From Polyangiales bacterium (lineage in GTDB: Bacteria > Myxococcota_A > Polyangia > Polyangiales > Houyiibacteriaceae): 64,000 bases of DNA. Positions 25,336 to 33,638 of the stretch are shown piece by piece. Under the pieces are notes generated by a model. It made no database searches. It saw nothing but the letters and a program-made list of their open reading frames with translations, and was not told the DNA's origin. Location: assembly GCA_045106895.1 (NCBI GenBank), contig JBGCFM010000046.1, positions 68,448 to 132,447 on the forward strand. Reading direction: 5' to 3'. The translations under genes and the position numbers were made by a program. Position 1 is the stretch's first letter, and every line of letters starts with the position of its first letter.

Positions 25336-28069
25336 GGTTGGAATCCAGTTCTTGGAATGAAGCCAAGGAGCGCTCAGCGATATCGGCGAGGGAAACGCTG
25401 TCGCGCCCATCGGCGTGCTCTTCGGTCAGCTCTGCGTTGTGGTATTCGGCGATGGCCTTGAGCATGCCGCTCTGGTCCCGACGGAGCTCCTCGATGACGT
25501 GCTCGTGGGAGATCGTCCGCCGGACCACGCCGAGCGTCGCTGCAGCTCGAAGGATGCGGTCGACGGGGTCGACATCGTCGATGAGGGCCAGGATGGTGTC
25601 TCGAAACTCAAGCGGAAGCGCATGCTCCAGGAGTTCACGAGAGGCGGCTCGTCCCCGCGAGGATTCGTTGTTCAGTCCGCGCCAGTAGAGCTCATAGTCC
25701 TCGCCTGGCTTCAACATGTGCAGCAGGCGAAACACGCGCTCGAGGGCGTTGACGCGCTTCTCTTTGAGGGAGGCGAGGAGCAGCTCGTGGCCCGTCGTGA
25801 GGAGCAAGCGAGGGGACGCCTTCGCGGAGGCTACGAGCGCAGCATGCCACTCTTCGAACTGAAGAATACGGCGGAGGTGCGTGCGAACCACGTCCTCGAG
25901 CATCTCGCGGTCAACACGAAAGCCAGGGTTGTCTGCGATGAGCCGGCCCATTCCGCGAAGTATCTTGAAGCGAACCGCGCCGTCGCGTTCCTGGAGAAAG
26001 CGCTCGCTCAGCGCGTCGAGTGCAGCCTGCGTGCGGAAGCGGAGAACGGTCCGCGGGAGATGTCGACGCACGCGTCTCGGCAAGGACTCGTCCGCCATAT
26101 AAGCGGCCAGGGGCGGCAACGCATCCGGACCGAGGGCCGTGATGGCATCGCGTGCAGGAGGGCGCGTGAGTGCACGCTGAAGCAGTGGAAGGAGGCGAGG
26201 CACCGATTCTATTTGGGGAACCTGCGCGAGGGCCTGGGCCGCAGCCGCTTGCACCTTCAAGTCGCGACTCCGCAGAAGCTCGTCGAGTACCCAGTGAAGC
26301 GCTTCGGCCCGGGCGCGGCCGATGGCCTCGGCCAAAGCGCACAAGGTCGCACCGTCGGTCGAGAGGAGAAGTCGCGAAACGCGAACACGGAGCGCCTCTT
26401 TGTCGGCTTCTGGGACTTGAAACGAGCTCACCAGCGCGGTGGTGGCGACGGCGGGGCAGGAGTCGTCGAGGAACCCATCGAGGAGCGTCTTTGACCGTTG
26501 TCGTTGGTGGATCGCGTGGAGAGCGATGGCGCGGATGGGGTCCGAGGGACTGGCCAAGAGTCGGTGGGCGATGGGGAGGATGTTGATGTTCGGTGTCGTC
26601 TCGAAGAGGGAGAACGCACGCGCCACGACCTCGGGGGAGGGGTGGTAGAGCACAAGCTGGGGAATAAGCGCGACACGCTCGTAGCGTTCGAAGAGCTCAA
26701 GGGTCACGAGCACCTCTTCGTCGCGCTCGCTATTGAGAGACGCCACCAGCGCTTCGAGGGCGCGAAGGTCGAGGGGCAAAAGGCCCACGCCGGCACTTGG
26801 TTCTACGCCGGACTGAAGTGTTCGCCGAAAGAGCTCAAGGTACGGCCGGTAGACACTGACGAGGACCATCACCCAGATGAGCAGGAAGACCGACGTACCG
26901 GCCGCCACGATGCGGATGTCACCGCTCATGGAGAGGGCGCCGAGGATGATCACCGACGCGAGGGCTTGGCCGCCGCGTTGACCTACGCCGTCAATGAGGC
27001 CCTTGAAGCGCTCCCGGAGACGACGTGGGACGGGCAGGTAGAGAACCTCCATCCCGGTACGTTGAAGCGAATGGCGAAGGCTCCCATCGACGCCCTTGAG
27101 GGCGACTGCCATCCACAGCACCGGCAACGCGATGACGCCGACTGCACCGAGCAGCAAGAGCACAGGCATCAGCAGGAGGGCGCGGTTGACGCCGAACTTC
27201 GAGAACACCCATGGACTGATGACCACCTGCCCGAAGAGCGCGACGAGGTTGATGCCAAAGTAGAAGCGAGCAAAGAACTGGCTCATGGCCGCGGCGCCGT
27301 CGGGCTGCCCCGCGTACGCCGCGTCGACCATGCTCTTGAACACAAAGTCGACGCCGGTCAGCGCGAGGGTGCTGACGAGGACGATGAGCAGAAGTCTGCG
27401 CAGGTAGAAGTGTGCGCAGAGCGTGACGAGGTCTTTGACGAGGGACGTTGAGTTCTCGCCGTCCTTGTCGCCGGGGTCGTCGTGGGCCGCCGGAATGCGC
27501 CAGGCCAGGGGCACCATGGCGCCGAAGACGAGGGCTCCGCCGGCGGCGGCGATGAGCGTATGCGGCTGCAATCCAGCGTCCACGAGGCGCTCCGCCAAGA
27601 GCGAACCGAGCGTCGCCCCCAGAACGCCGCCCGCGGCGACGGGGCCAAAGATGCGCTTTGCTTTTCCGACATCGACGACGTCGTCGATGAGCAGCCAGAA
27701 CTGAACGACGGTCACCGTCGCGAAGACGCCGGTCCACACGTACAGCAGAAACGCCCGCCCTTGTGCTTGGTCACCCTGGCCAAGCCACCACGAGAGACCG
27801 AAGTCGATGAGGGCCGCGCCGAGCATCGTTTTCGCGAGGAGCTTGCGCTTGTCCCGTGAGCGCCGGAGTACCCAGGCGTTGGCACGCACGACAACCAGAG
27901 CGAGGCCAGCGATCGCCAGGTAGGCCCACGGCAACATCTGCGCCCGGAGCCCGGCCAAAAACAGCCCGTCTCTGGCCGTCTCGCCCAGCGCGTGGGCCGC
28001 CATAATCGCCAGCAGCGACGTAAAGCCGATGAGGAGGTCACGGCGATCTGAACTGCGCACGCCCGCCAT
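25328..28069 (-). CDS. TLC/Npt-type translocase domain fused to HEAT repeats
   Basis: ETARDGLFL, WTGVFATVTVVQFW...AKRIFGPVAAGGVLG, DFVFK, FFARFY, DGSLRHSLQRTGMEVLYLPVP..RERFKGLIDG..QRGG; then LVLYHPSPEV and further helical repeats. Confidence 0.85.
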   Translation of the reverse strand: MAGVRSSDRRDLLIGFTSLLAIMAAHALGETARDGLFLAGLRAQMLPWAYLAIAGLALVVVRANAWVLRRSRDKRKLLAKTMLGAALIDFGLSWWLGQGDQAQGRAFLLYVWTGVFATVTVVQFWLLIDDVVDVGKAKRIFGPVAAGGVLGATLGSLLAERLVDAGLQPHTLIAAAGGALVFGAMVPLAWRIPAAHDDPGDKDGENSTSLVKDLVTLCAHFYLRRLLLIVLVSTLALTGVDFVFKSMVDAAYAGQPDGAAAMSQFFARFYFGINLVALFGQVVISPWVFSKFGVNRALLLMPVLLLLGAVGVIALPVLWMAVALKGVDGSLRHSLQRTGMEVLYLPVPRRLRERFKGLIDGVGQRGGQALASVIILGALSMSGDIRIVAAGTSVFLLIWVMVLVSVYRPYLELFRRTLQSGVEPSAGVGLLPLDLRALEALVASLNSERDEEVLVTLELFERYERVALIPQLVLYHPSPEVVARAFSLFETTPNINILPIAHRLLASPSDPIRAIALHAIHQRQRSKTLLDGFLDDSCPAVATTALVSSFQVPEADKEALRVRVSRLLLSTDGATLCALAEAIGRARAEALHWVLDELLRSRDLKVQAAAAQALAQVPQIESVPRLLPLLQRALTRPPARDAITALGPDALPPLAAYMADESLPRRVRRHLPRTVLRFRTQAALDALSERFLQERDGAVRFKILRGMGRLIADNPGFRVDREMLEDVVRTHLRRILQFEEWHAALVASAKASPRLLLTTGHELLLASLKEKRVNALERVFRLLHMLKPGEDYELYWRGLNNESSRGRAASRELLEHALPLEFRDTILALIDDVDPVDRILRAAATLGVVRRTISHEHVIEELRRDQSGMLKAIAEYHNAELTEEHADGRDSVSLADIAERSLASFQELDSNHA

Positions 28070-28218
28070 TACTCGCTTATTGCCTCACTCCCCACACTTC
28101 GCATTACCAGACCCCCGGACGGTCGGTCGTTCTATCTGCTCTTGCGTTACAGCGCGTCAAGGCTGGACCGACCACAAGCATGGTCAACCGAGGGGGTTTT
28201 TGACTATGATTGTAGGCG

Positions 28219-29061
28219 ATGCGCTGGGATGACCTTCGACACTTCGAGGCTTTTGTACGCACCGGGAGCACAGGAGCGGCGGCCCGAGAGCTCAACGTCT
28301 CCACGTCCACCGTTTATCGTCGCCTCGAAGCCCTGGAGGCGGCGCTGGGCGCTCCGCTCTTCGTCAAAGGCAGCGACACGGAGCTTTCCGACGAAGGCGC
28401 TCGCATCGCTGCTCTCGCTCGGCACATGCGCAGCGGCCTCGGCGAGGTCCATCAGCTCGCTCAATCACGGATGGGCGAAGCGCGTGGCAAGGTGCGTCTG
28501 ACGACCGTCGAGGGGCTCGTGCCGGTACTCATCGAGCCAATCCGCGAGCTGCGCTTGAGCTACCCAGAGCTTCACGTCGAGCTTCATCTCGCTGACTCGG
28601 GCCCGAGCGTTCGACGCCGAGAAGCGGACATCGCGTTGGGCGTCATGGCGAATCCACCTGAAAGCCTCGTCGGTCGCAAGCTCCTCCACGTCACCTACGG
28701 CGTGTTCGGTACAGCGAAAGCCGTCGACGCCCGTCCACGCTCTTGGGTCGTTTCCGGACCTCCCATGGAGAACTCGCCGGAGGCGCGCTGGGAAGAGCAA
28801 CACGCCAAGCACATCTCCTTAGCGACCGGGTCACGTCAGGCTTTTCTCCAGTTTCTTCGGGCGGGACTCGGCGTCGGCCTCTTTCCTCGAGTCCTGGGGG
28901 AACGTGAGGGTTTGAAAGAAGCGGAAGAGCTCCGCGAGGCAGCGTCCACCCTGACCCGAACTATCTGGTCGCTCATTCATCCCGACGTTCGTGATGACAT
29001 TCGTATTCGGGCGGTCCTCGATGTCTTGACGAAGCACCTCAGCGCGTTGCACCCCTCATAG
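28219..29061 (+). CDS. LysR-family transcriptional regulator
   Basis: MRWDDLRHF..VRTGSTGAAARELNVSTSTVYRRLEALE; GKVRLTT; RREADIAL; HPDVR...RIRAVLD. Confidence 0.9.
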   Translation: MRWDDLRHFEAFVRTGSTGAAARELNVSTSTVYRRLEALEAALGAPLFVKGSDTELSDEGARIAALARHMRSGLGEVHQLAQSRMGEARGKVRLTTVEGLVPVLIEPIRELRLSYPELHVELHLADSGPSVRRREADIALGVMANPPESLVGRKLLHVTYGVFGTAKAVDARPRSWVVSGPPMENSPEARWEEQHAKHISLATGSRQAFLQFLRAGLGVGLFPRVLGEREGLKEAEELREAASTLTRTIWSLIHPDVRDDIRIRAVLDVLTKHLSALHPS

Positions 29062-29088
29062 AACAACGCACCCCTCGTAGAACAACGC
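29049..29088 (+). repeat. 19-bp tandem duplication spanning the lysR stop codon
   Basis: GCACCCCTCATAGAACAAC / GCACCCCTCGTAGAACAAC (1 mismatch), followed by GC. Confidence 0.9.
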
Positions 29089-29175
29089 GTATCCTGCGGC
29101 GCTTTTTCAACAATCTGAGCGAACCTGCGCGCTCAGCCTTGCGTGGCCGAATCGCTCGGCCAAAGCTCCGAATCG

Positions 29176-29919
29176 ATGTCCTGGTTGTGCTCCGTTGTGG
29201 CTTTTTCCCTCGTCGCCTTCGGGTGTGGCGGGGAAACGAACGAGCGCACGCTGGACGTTTTCGCGGCCTCTTCGCTACGCCCCGCCTTTGAGGAACTCGC
29301 TGGCGTCTTCGAAGCGGAACACTCCGAATGGCGTGTCCGCTTCAACTTCGCAGGCTCCCAAGTGCTCCGAATGCAGCTCGAAGAAGGAGCACGCGCTGCG
29401 GTCTTTGCATCCGCCGACGAGGCGCAGATGCGCGGCGCGCTGGCTGCGCGGCCCGGGGTCCAGTCCGAGGTCTTCGCGAGCAACGCCCTCGTCCTCGCGG
29501 TGAGCGGCGAGAGTTCGATTCGTTCGATGGAAGACTTGCCGGCTGCGGCCCGCCTCGTCATCGGCACCGAGGCCTCGCCCATTGGCGTCTACTCCCGAAG
29601 GCTCCTGGACGCCGCGGCCGTGCGCTACGGCGAGGACTACAGAACGCGAACGCTGTCCAACGTCGTCAGCGAAGAGAGCAACGCGGGTCTGGTGCGCGCG
29701 AAGGTGGAGCTTGGCGCCGCCGATGCCGCGCTCATCTACGCGAGCGACACCGAAGCCGCGCGGTTTCGCGTCATCGCGCTGCCGGACGAGCTGCAGATCG
29801 CCGCACCTTATCGCATGGCTGTTCTAGAGGACTCGCCCGCCGGTGAGGCGTTCGCGCGCCTTTTGCGCTCCGCCGCAGGCCGCGCGGTCCTCTCCGCACA
29901 CGGGTTCGAGCTGCCATGA
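29176..29919 (+). CDS. modA: Molybdate ABC transporter substrate-binding lipoprotein
   Basis: VAFGC lipobox, VFAASSL, FNFAGSQVL..Q.EEGA, VFASAD, FASN.LVL, PIGVY, ADAALIYASD. Alternative GTG start at 29143. Confidence 0.9.
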   Translation: MSWLCSVVAFSLVAFGCGGETNERTLDVFAASSLRPAFEELAGVFEAEHSEWRVRFNFAGSQVLRMQLEEGARAAVFASADEAQMRGALAARPGVQSEVFASNALVLAVSGESSIRSMEDLPAAARLVIGTEASPIGVYSRRLLDAAAVRYGEDYRTRTLSNVVSEESNAGLVRAKVELGAADAALIYASDTEAARFRVIALPDELQIAAPYRMAVLEDSPAGEAFARLLRSAAGRAVLSAHGFELP

Positions 29920-30698
29920 GTCTTCGACGGGCGTCGCCGGGACAGATCGGCGGAGGCCTGCTCGCGGCGACGCTCGTGTTCATCCTCGGGCTTCCACTCA
30001 TCGCCCTTGGGGCCGCCGCTAGTTTCTCGGACGTTCGCGCCGGCATGGAGAGCCCGCTCTTCGCGCCCGCCTTGTGGCTGAGCCTCCGGACCAGCGCCCT
30101 CAGCTTGCTCCTGATACTTCTGATGGGGACGCCCCTCGCTTGGTGGTTGTCGCGCGAGCGCGGTTCCCTCGCGCGCATCGTGGGCGTTGTGGTGGACATC
30201 CCCATCATTGTTCCGCCGGCGGTCATGGGCATCGCGCTTCTGATGACCTTCGGTCAGCACGGCGTTCTCGCCGCACTTGACCTTGAGCTCGCCTTCACAA
30301 CATCCGCCGTGGTGGTCGCGCAGGTGGTGGTCGCAGCGCCGTTTTATGTGCAGGCCAGCGTGGCCGCGTTTCGCAAGGTTCCCCCAGACATCATCGATGT
30401 GGGTCGAACGCTTGGAGCGTCACCTTTTTCGGCCTTCCTCCGCGTCGCTATCCCCGTCGCTTTGCCCGGCCTCGTCGGCGCCGCTTCTTTGGCGTGGGCG
30501 CGCGCGCTGGGGGAGTTCGGCGCCACTTTGCTCTTCGCGGGTAGTCTTCGGGGCGAAACTCAGACAATGCCCCTCGCGATATTTTCCGCGCTCGAGAGCG
30601 ACCTCCGCGTGGCCCTTGCGTTCGCTCTTGCATTGACCGCGATGGGCGTGCTCCTTCTTGTATTGCTACGCGCGGCGGCGCTTTGGCGGCGGCGATGA
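29916..30698 (+). CDS. modB: Molybdate ABC transporter permease
   Basis: LSLRTS, PIIVPPAVMG, AFT..AVVVAQ, WARALGEFGAT..FAG...G.TQTMPLAI. Confidence 0.93.
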   Translation: MSLRRASPGQIGGGLLAATLVFILGLPLIALGAAASFSDVRAGMESPLFAPALWLSLRTSALSLLLILLMGTPLAWWLSRERGSLARIVGVVVDIPIIVPPAVMGIALLMTFGQHGVLAALDLELAFTTSAVVVAQVVVAAPFYVQASVAAFRKVPPDIIDVGRTLGASPFSAFLRVAIPVALPGLVGAASLAWARALGEFGATLLFAGSLRGETQTMPLAIFSALESDLRVALAFALALTAMGVLLLVLLRAAALWRRR

Positions 30699-31396
30699 CC
30701 TGGCGCGCGAAGATCACGCTCACCTTGGGTGAGCTCTCCCTCGATGCCGATCTCCACGCGGACAAGAACGTCGCCGCGCTCATCGGACCCAACGGCAGCG
30801 GCAAGACGACGCTCCTGCGCGCACTCGCGGGGCTAACCCCAGCGCAGGGGGAGTTTGTGGTGGACGAAGAGGAGCTTCTCTCGGCGTCCCTCGACGTCGC
30901 GCCGGAAGGCCGAAGGATTGGATACGTGCCGCAGGGGTTTGGACTCTTTCCGCACCTAAGTGTCCTCGACAACGTCGCCTTTGGTTTGCGTCACCTTCCC
31001 CGGGCGCAGCGCCGCGAAAAGGCCCACGTCGCGCTGACGGAACTCGGCTGCGAAGAGCTGGCTAGGCGGAGTTGCCACGCGCTTTCGGGCGGCGAGAAGC
31101 AGCGCGTGGCGTTGGCCCGTGCCCTCGTTGTCCAGCCGCGAATGCTCCTCCTCGACGAACCCTTGGCTCCTTTGGACGTTGGCGTGCGCCGTCAGGTCCG
31201 ACAGCACCTCGCAGAGCAGCTACGGGCCCGTCCCATTCCGACGCTCCTGGTCACGCACGACATCCGTGATTTGCCTCGGCTCGTCGAATACGTGTTCGTC
31301 CTTGAACAAGGCCGGATCGTTCAGCAAGGGAGCCTCGACGAAGTGCGGGGCGCGCCGGCGACGGACTTCGTGGCGGAGTTCGTGGCGGCGGATTGA
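30695..31396 (+). CDS. modC: Molybdate ABC transporter ATP-binding protein (no TOBE domain)
   Basis: GPNGSGKT, GYVPQ, LFPHLSV, LSGGEKQRVALARAL, LLLDEP, VTHD; ATGA overlap with modB. Confidence 0.88.
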   Translation: MTWRAKITLTLGELSLDADLHADKNVAALIGPNGSGKTTLLRALAGLTPAQGEFVVDEEELLSASLDVAPEGRRIGYVPQGFGLFPHLSVLDNVAFGLRHLPRAQRREKAHVALTELGCEELARRSCHALSGGEKQRVALARALVVQPRMLLLDEPLAPLDVGVRRQVRQHLAEQLRARPIPTLLVTHDIRDLPRLVEYVFVLEQGRIVQQGSLDEVRGAPATDFVAEFVAAD

Positions 31397-31450
31397 CGCG
31401 ACGTCTTCGGCGCCGTTGACCGCTTCCGAGCATCCTGAGATCCTCGCGGG

Positions 31451-31846
31451 ATGTCCAAGACCCCCGCTCTTTCGACGCAGTTCGTTCACCTTGGTCCCGC
31501 GGGAAGCGCCGTCGTACAGCCCGCATTTTCCGGGATGGAGTGGTACGCGGAGTACGGAGCGCGCCACGGCGCCGACGGGAAGGGGGGCCGCCTCGTGTCG
31601 ATGCACACGTTCTCCGAACCTTGGGAGTCCTGGGAAATGCACCCCTCTGGCCATGAAGTTGTTGTTTGCACCGCCGGCGAGATTACGCTGATTCAAGAAA
31701 TTGAAGGCCGGCACGAGCGTGTGACGCTGACTCCGGGAGAATACGCCATCAACGAGCCGGGCGTTTGGCACACCGCGGACGTCAGCCAGAGCGCGACGGC
31801 GCTCTTTATCACCGCCGGCGAAGGCACGGAGCATCGGGCGCGCTGA
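31451..31846 (+). CDS. Cupin domain protein
   Basis: WEMHPSGHEVV..G and INEPGVWHTAD cupin motifs; GTEHR end. Confidence 0.88.
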   Translation: MSKTPALSTQFVHLGPAGSAVVQPAFSGMEWYAEYGARHGADGKGGRLVSMHTFSEPWESWEMHPSGHEVVVCTAGEITLIQEIEGRHERVTLTPGEYAINEPGVWHTADVSQSATALFITAGEGTEHRAR

Positions 31847-31875
31847 ACGTGCGCTGCCCGTGGTAGACTGAGCCC

Positions 31876-32814
31876 ATGAATCGCGTCGCATGTATCATCT
31901 CCCTCGCTCTTTCCCTATACGCCTGCGGCGATGACTCGGACGCCGGGGATTCGGGCGCCGACGTCGGCGCTGCCGACGCACCGAACTTCGACGCACCGAG
32001 TGCCAGCGATAGTGGACCGGGGGAAGACGCCGGACCCGGTGATGCTGGCCCCGGGGAAGACGCTGGGCCGGGCGAAGACGCCGGGCCACCGCCGCCGGCA
32101 GAGTTTCAAGAAGTCGATGGCCTCGTTGTCTTTGAGGCAGAGCATTTCTTCGAGCAGATCCGTGACGAGTGGACGCGCTGGTACCCCTTCGTCGCGGACG
32201 GACCCGCGCCGGACGTGATGTGTCGGACAAACGTGACCTGCGGTGACGGCAACGCGCCCGACTGCAATCAGTACTCAGACTGTGATGGCGACGATATCGA
32301 CCCGAGCGAAGCCAGCAACGGGACCTACTTGGAGTCGCTGCCTGACCGTCGCCGGGACGACTCGGAGCCCGGGACCGGCGGCCAGATTGGTGTCGTCAAC
32401 AACCCCGACATGGGGCCGACGCTGCGCTACCGCGTTCTCTTCGAAAACCCTGGTCGATACTACGTTTGGATTCACGCCCGTGGGCAGGGACCGGCGGCGA
32501 ACGGACTTCACGTGGGCATCGACGACACCTGGCCAAGAAACGAGCTTCGTGACGCGTCTTCCATGCGTATGCAGTTTCGCAACGGTTGGCGCTGGACGCA
32601 GACGCGACGCGGACAGAACATGCACACCGGCGTCTCCGCGGGAGACGGGGTCAGCCTTCGTGACGCCAATATCTGGCTTGAGATCGACTCAGCAGGCGTG
32701 CACACGATCCAGCTCGGCATGCGTGAGGACGGCCTCGAGATCGACAAGGTCATCCTCTCTTCGGACCCAGATTTTGAGCCCGAAGGCCTCGACCAAGCAG
32801 AGACCACGCTCTGA
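31876..32814 (+). CDS. Lipoprotein with a galactose-binding-like/CBM-type jelly-roll domain
   Basis: LYAC-GDD, (E)DAGPG repeats, VFEAEHF, PGRYYVWIHARG, NGLHVGID, WRW, GVHTIQLGMREDGLEIDKVILS. Confidence 0.7.
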   Translation: MNRVACIISLALSLYACGDDSDAGDSGADVGAADAPNFDAPSASDSGPGEDAGPGDAGPGEDAGPGEDAGPPPPAEFQEVDGLVVFEAEHFFEQIRDEWTRWYPFVADGPAPDVMCRTNVTCGDGNAPDCNQYSDCDGDDIDPSEASNGTYLESLPDRRRDDSEPGTGGQIGVVNNPDMGPTLRYRVLFENPGRYYVWIHARGQGPAANGLHVGIDDTWPRNELRDASSMRMQFRNGWRWTQTRRGQNMHTGVSAGDGVSLRDANIWLEIDSAGVHTIQLGMREDGLEIDKVILSSDPDFEPEGLDQAETTL

Positions 32815-32828
32815 GCCTAAGCGGCGGC

Positions 32829-33638
32829 TCAGCTTGACGCTTGAAGGTGCAGTACCGCAGGCGGCTGAATGCCGGCGTCGAGAAAAGCGTTCATCACCTG
32901 CTCGGTAATGTCCGTTTGTAGTGCCTTCTCGTACTTGACGTCGATGACGTACACCTTGCCTTTGAGCCGGACCCCGAAGGTCGAACCGTTCTTCTCCGGC
33001 GCGAGGACGACAGCCCAGGGTTTCTCCAAGTAAGCGTAGCGGGAACTGGTCATCGCCTCGCCGACAATACGTTTGGCCAGCGCGATGTCCTGGTCGAAGC
33101 CTACGACGAAGTCCGTCTCCACGAGCATGTCGAGCTCGCCGGCGTTTCCACTGGAGACCGGGTCTGTCAGGAACTTGTTGTTTGGGATCGTAACGAGATT
33201 GTCGTCAAGGGTGACGATGCGAACGGTGCGAAGACCGATCTCGATCACCTCGCCGTAAAAGCCGCCGAACGACACGCGGTCGCCGACCTGAAAAGGCCGG
33301 TCGACGAGGATGATGACGCCGGCGATGACGGACGCGAGGAGGTCTTTGAAGGCGAAACCAACGGCCACCGCCAAGGTGCCGCCGAGGGCGATGAGCGCCT
33401 CCGACGAGAACGCGAAGACAAAGCTTGTGGCGACAACCGCGCCGATGGCAAAAGCCACGAGTCGAAGAATCGACTTGAGCTGGTGAAGGAAGAGACGACG
33501 GTCGTGGAAGCGCTCGCCCAGCTGCTCGAAGCTCTTCGTGAGAAGTCGTCCGCACGCATAAGCGACGGAAAGCGCGATGAGCGCCGGGACGATTCCCTCG
33601 GGACGAAAGAACTCAAAAAGTGCGGTGGTATCGTCCAT
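32829..33638 (-). CDS. Small MscS-family mechanosensitive channel
   Basis: AVGFAFKDLLASVIAG, RPFQVGDRV, GEVIEIGLRTVRIVTLDDNLVTIPN. Confidence 0.93.
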   Translation of the reverse strand: MDDTTALFEFFRPEGIVPALIALSVAYACGRLLTKSFEQLGERFHDRRLFLHQLKSILRLVAFAIGAVVATSFVFAFSSEALIALGGTLAVAVGFAFKDLLASVIAGVIILVDRPFQVGDRVSFGGFYGEVIEIGLRTVRIVTLDDNLVTIPNNKFLTDPVSSGNAGELDMLVETDFVVGFDQDIALAKRIVGEAMTSSRYAYLEKPWAVVLAPEKNGSTFGVRLKGKVYVIDVKYEKALQTDITEQVMNAFLDAGIQPPAVLHLQASS

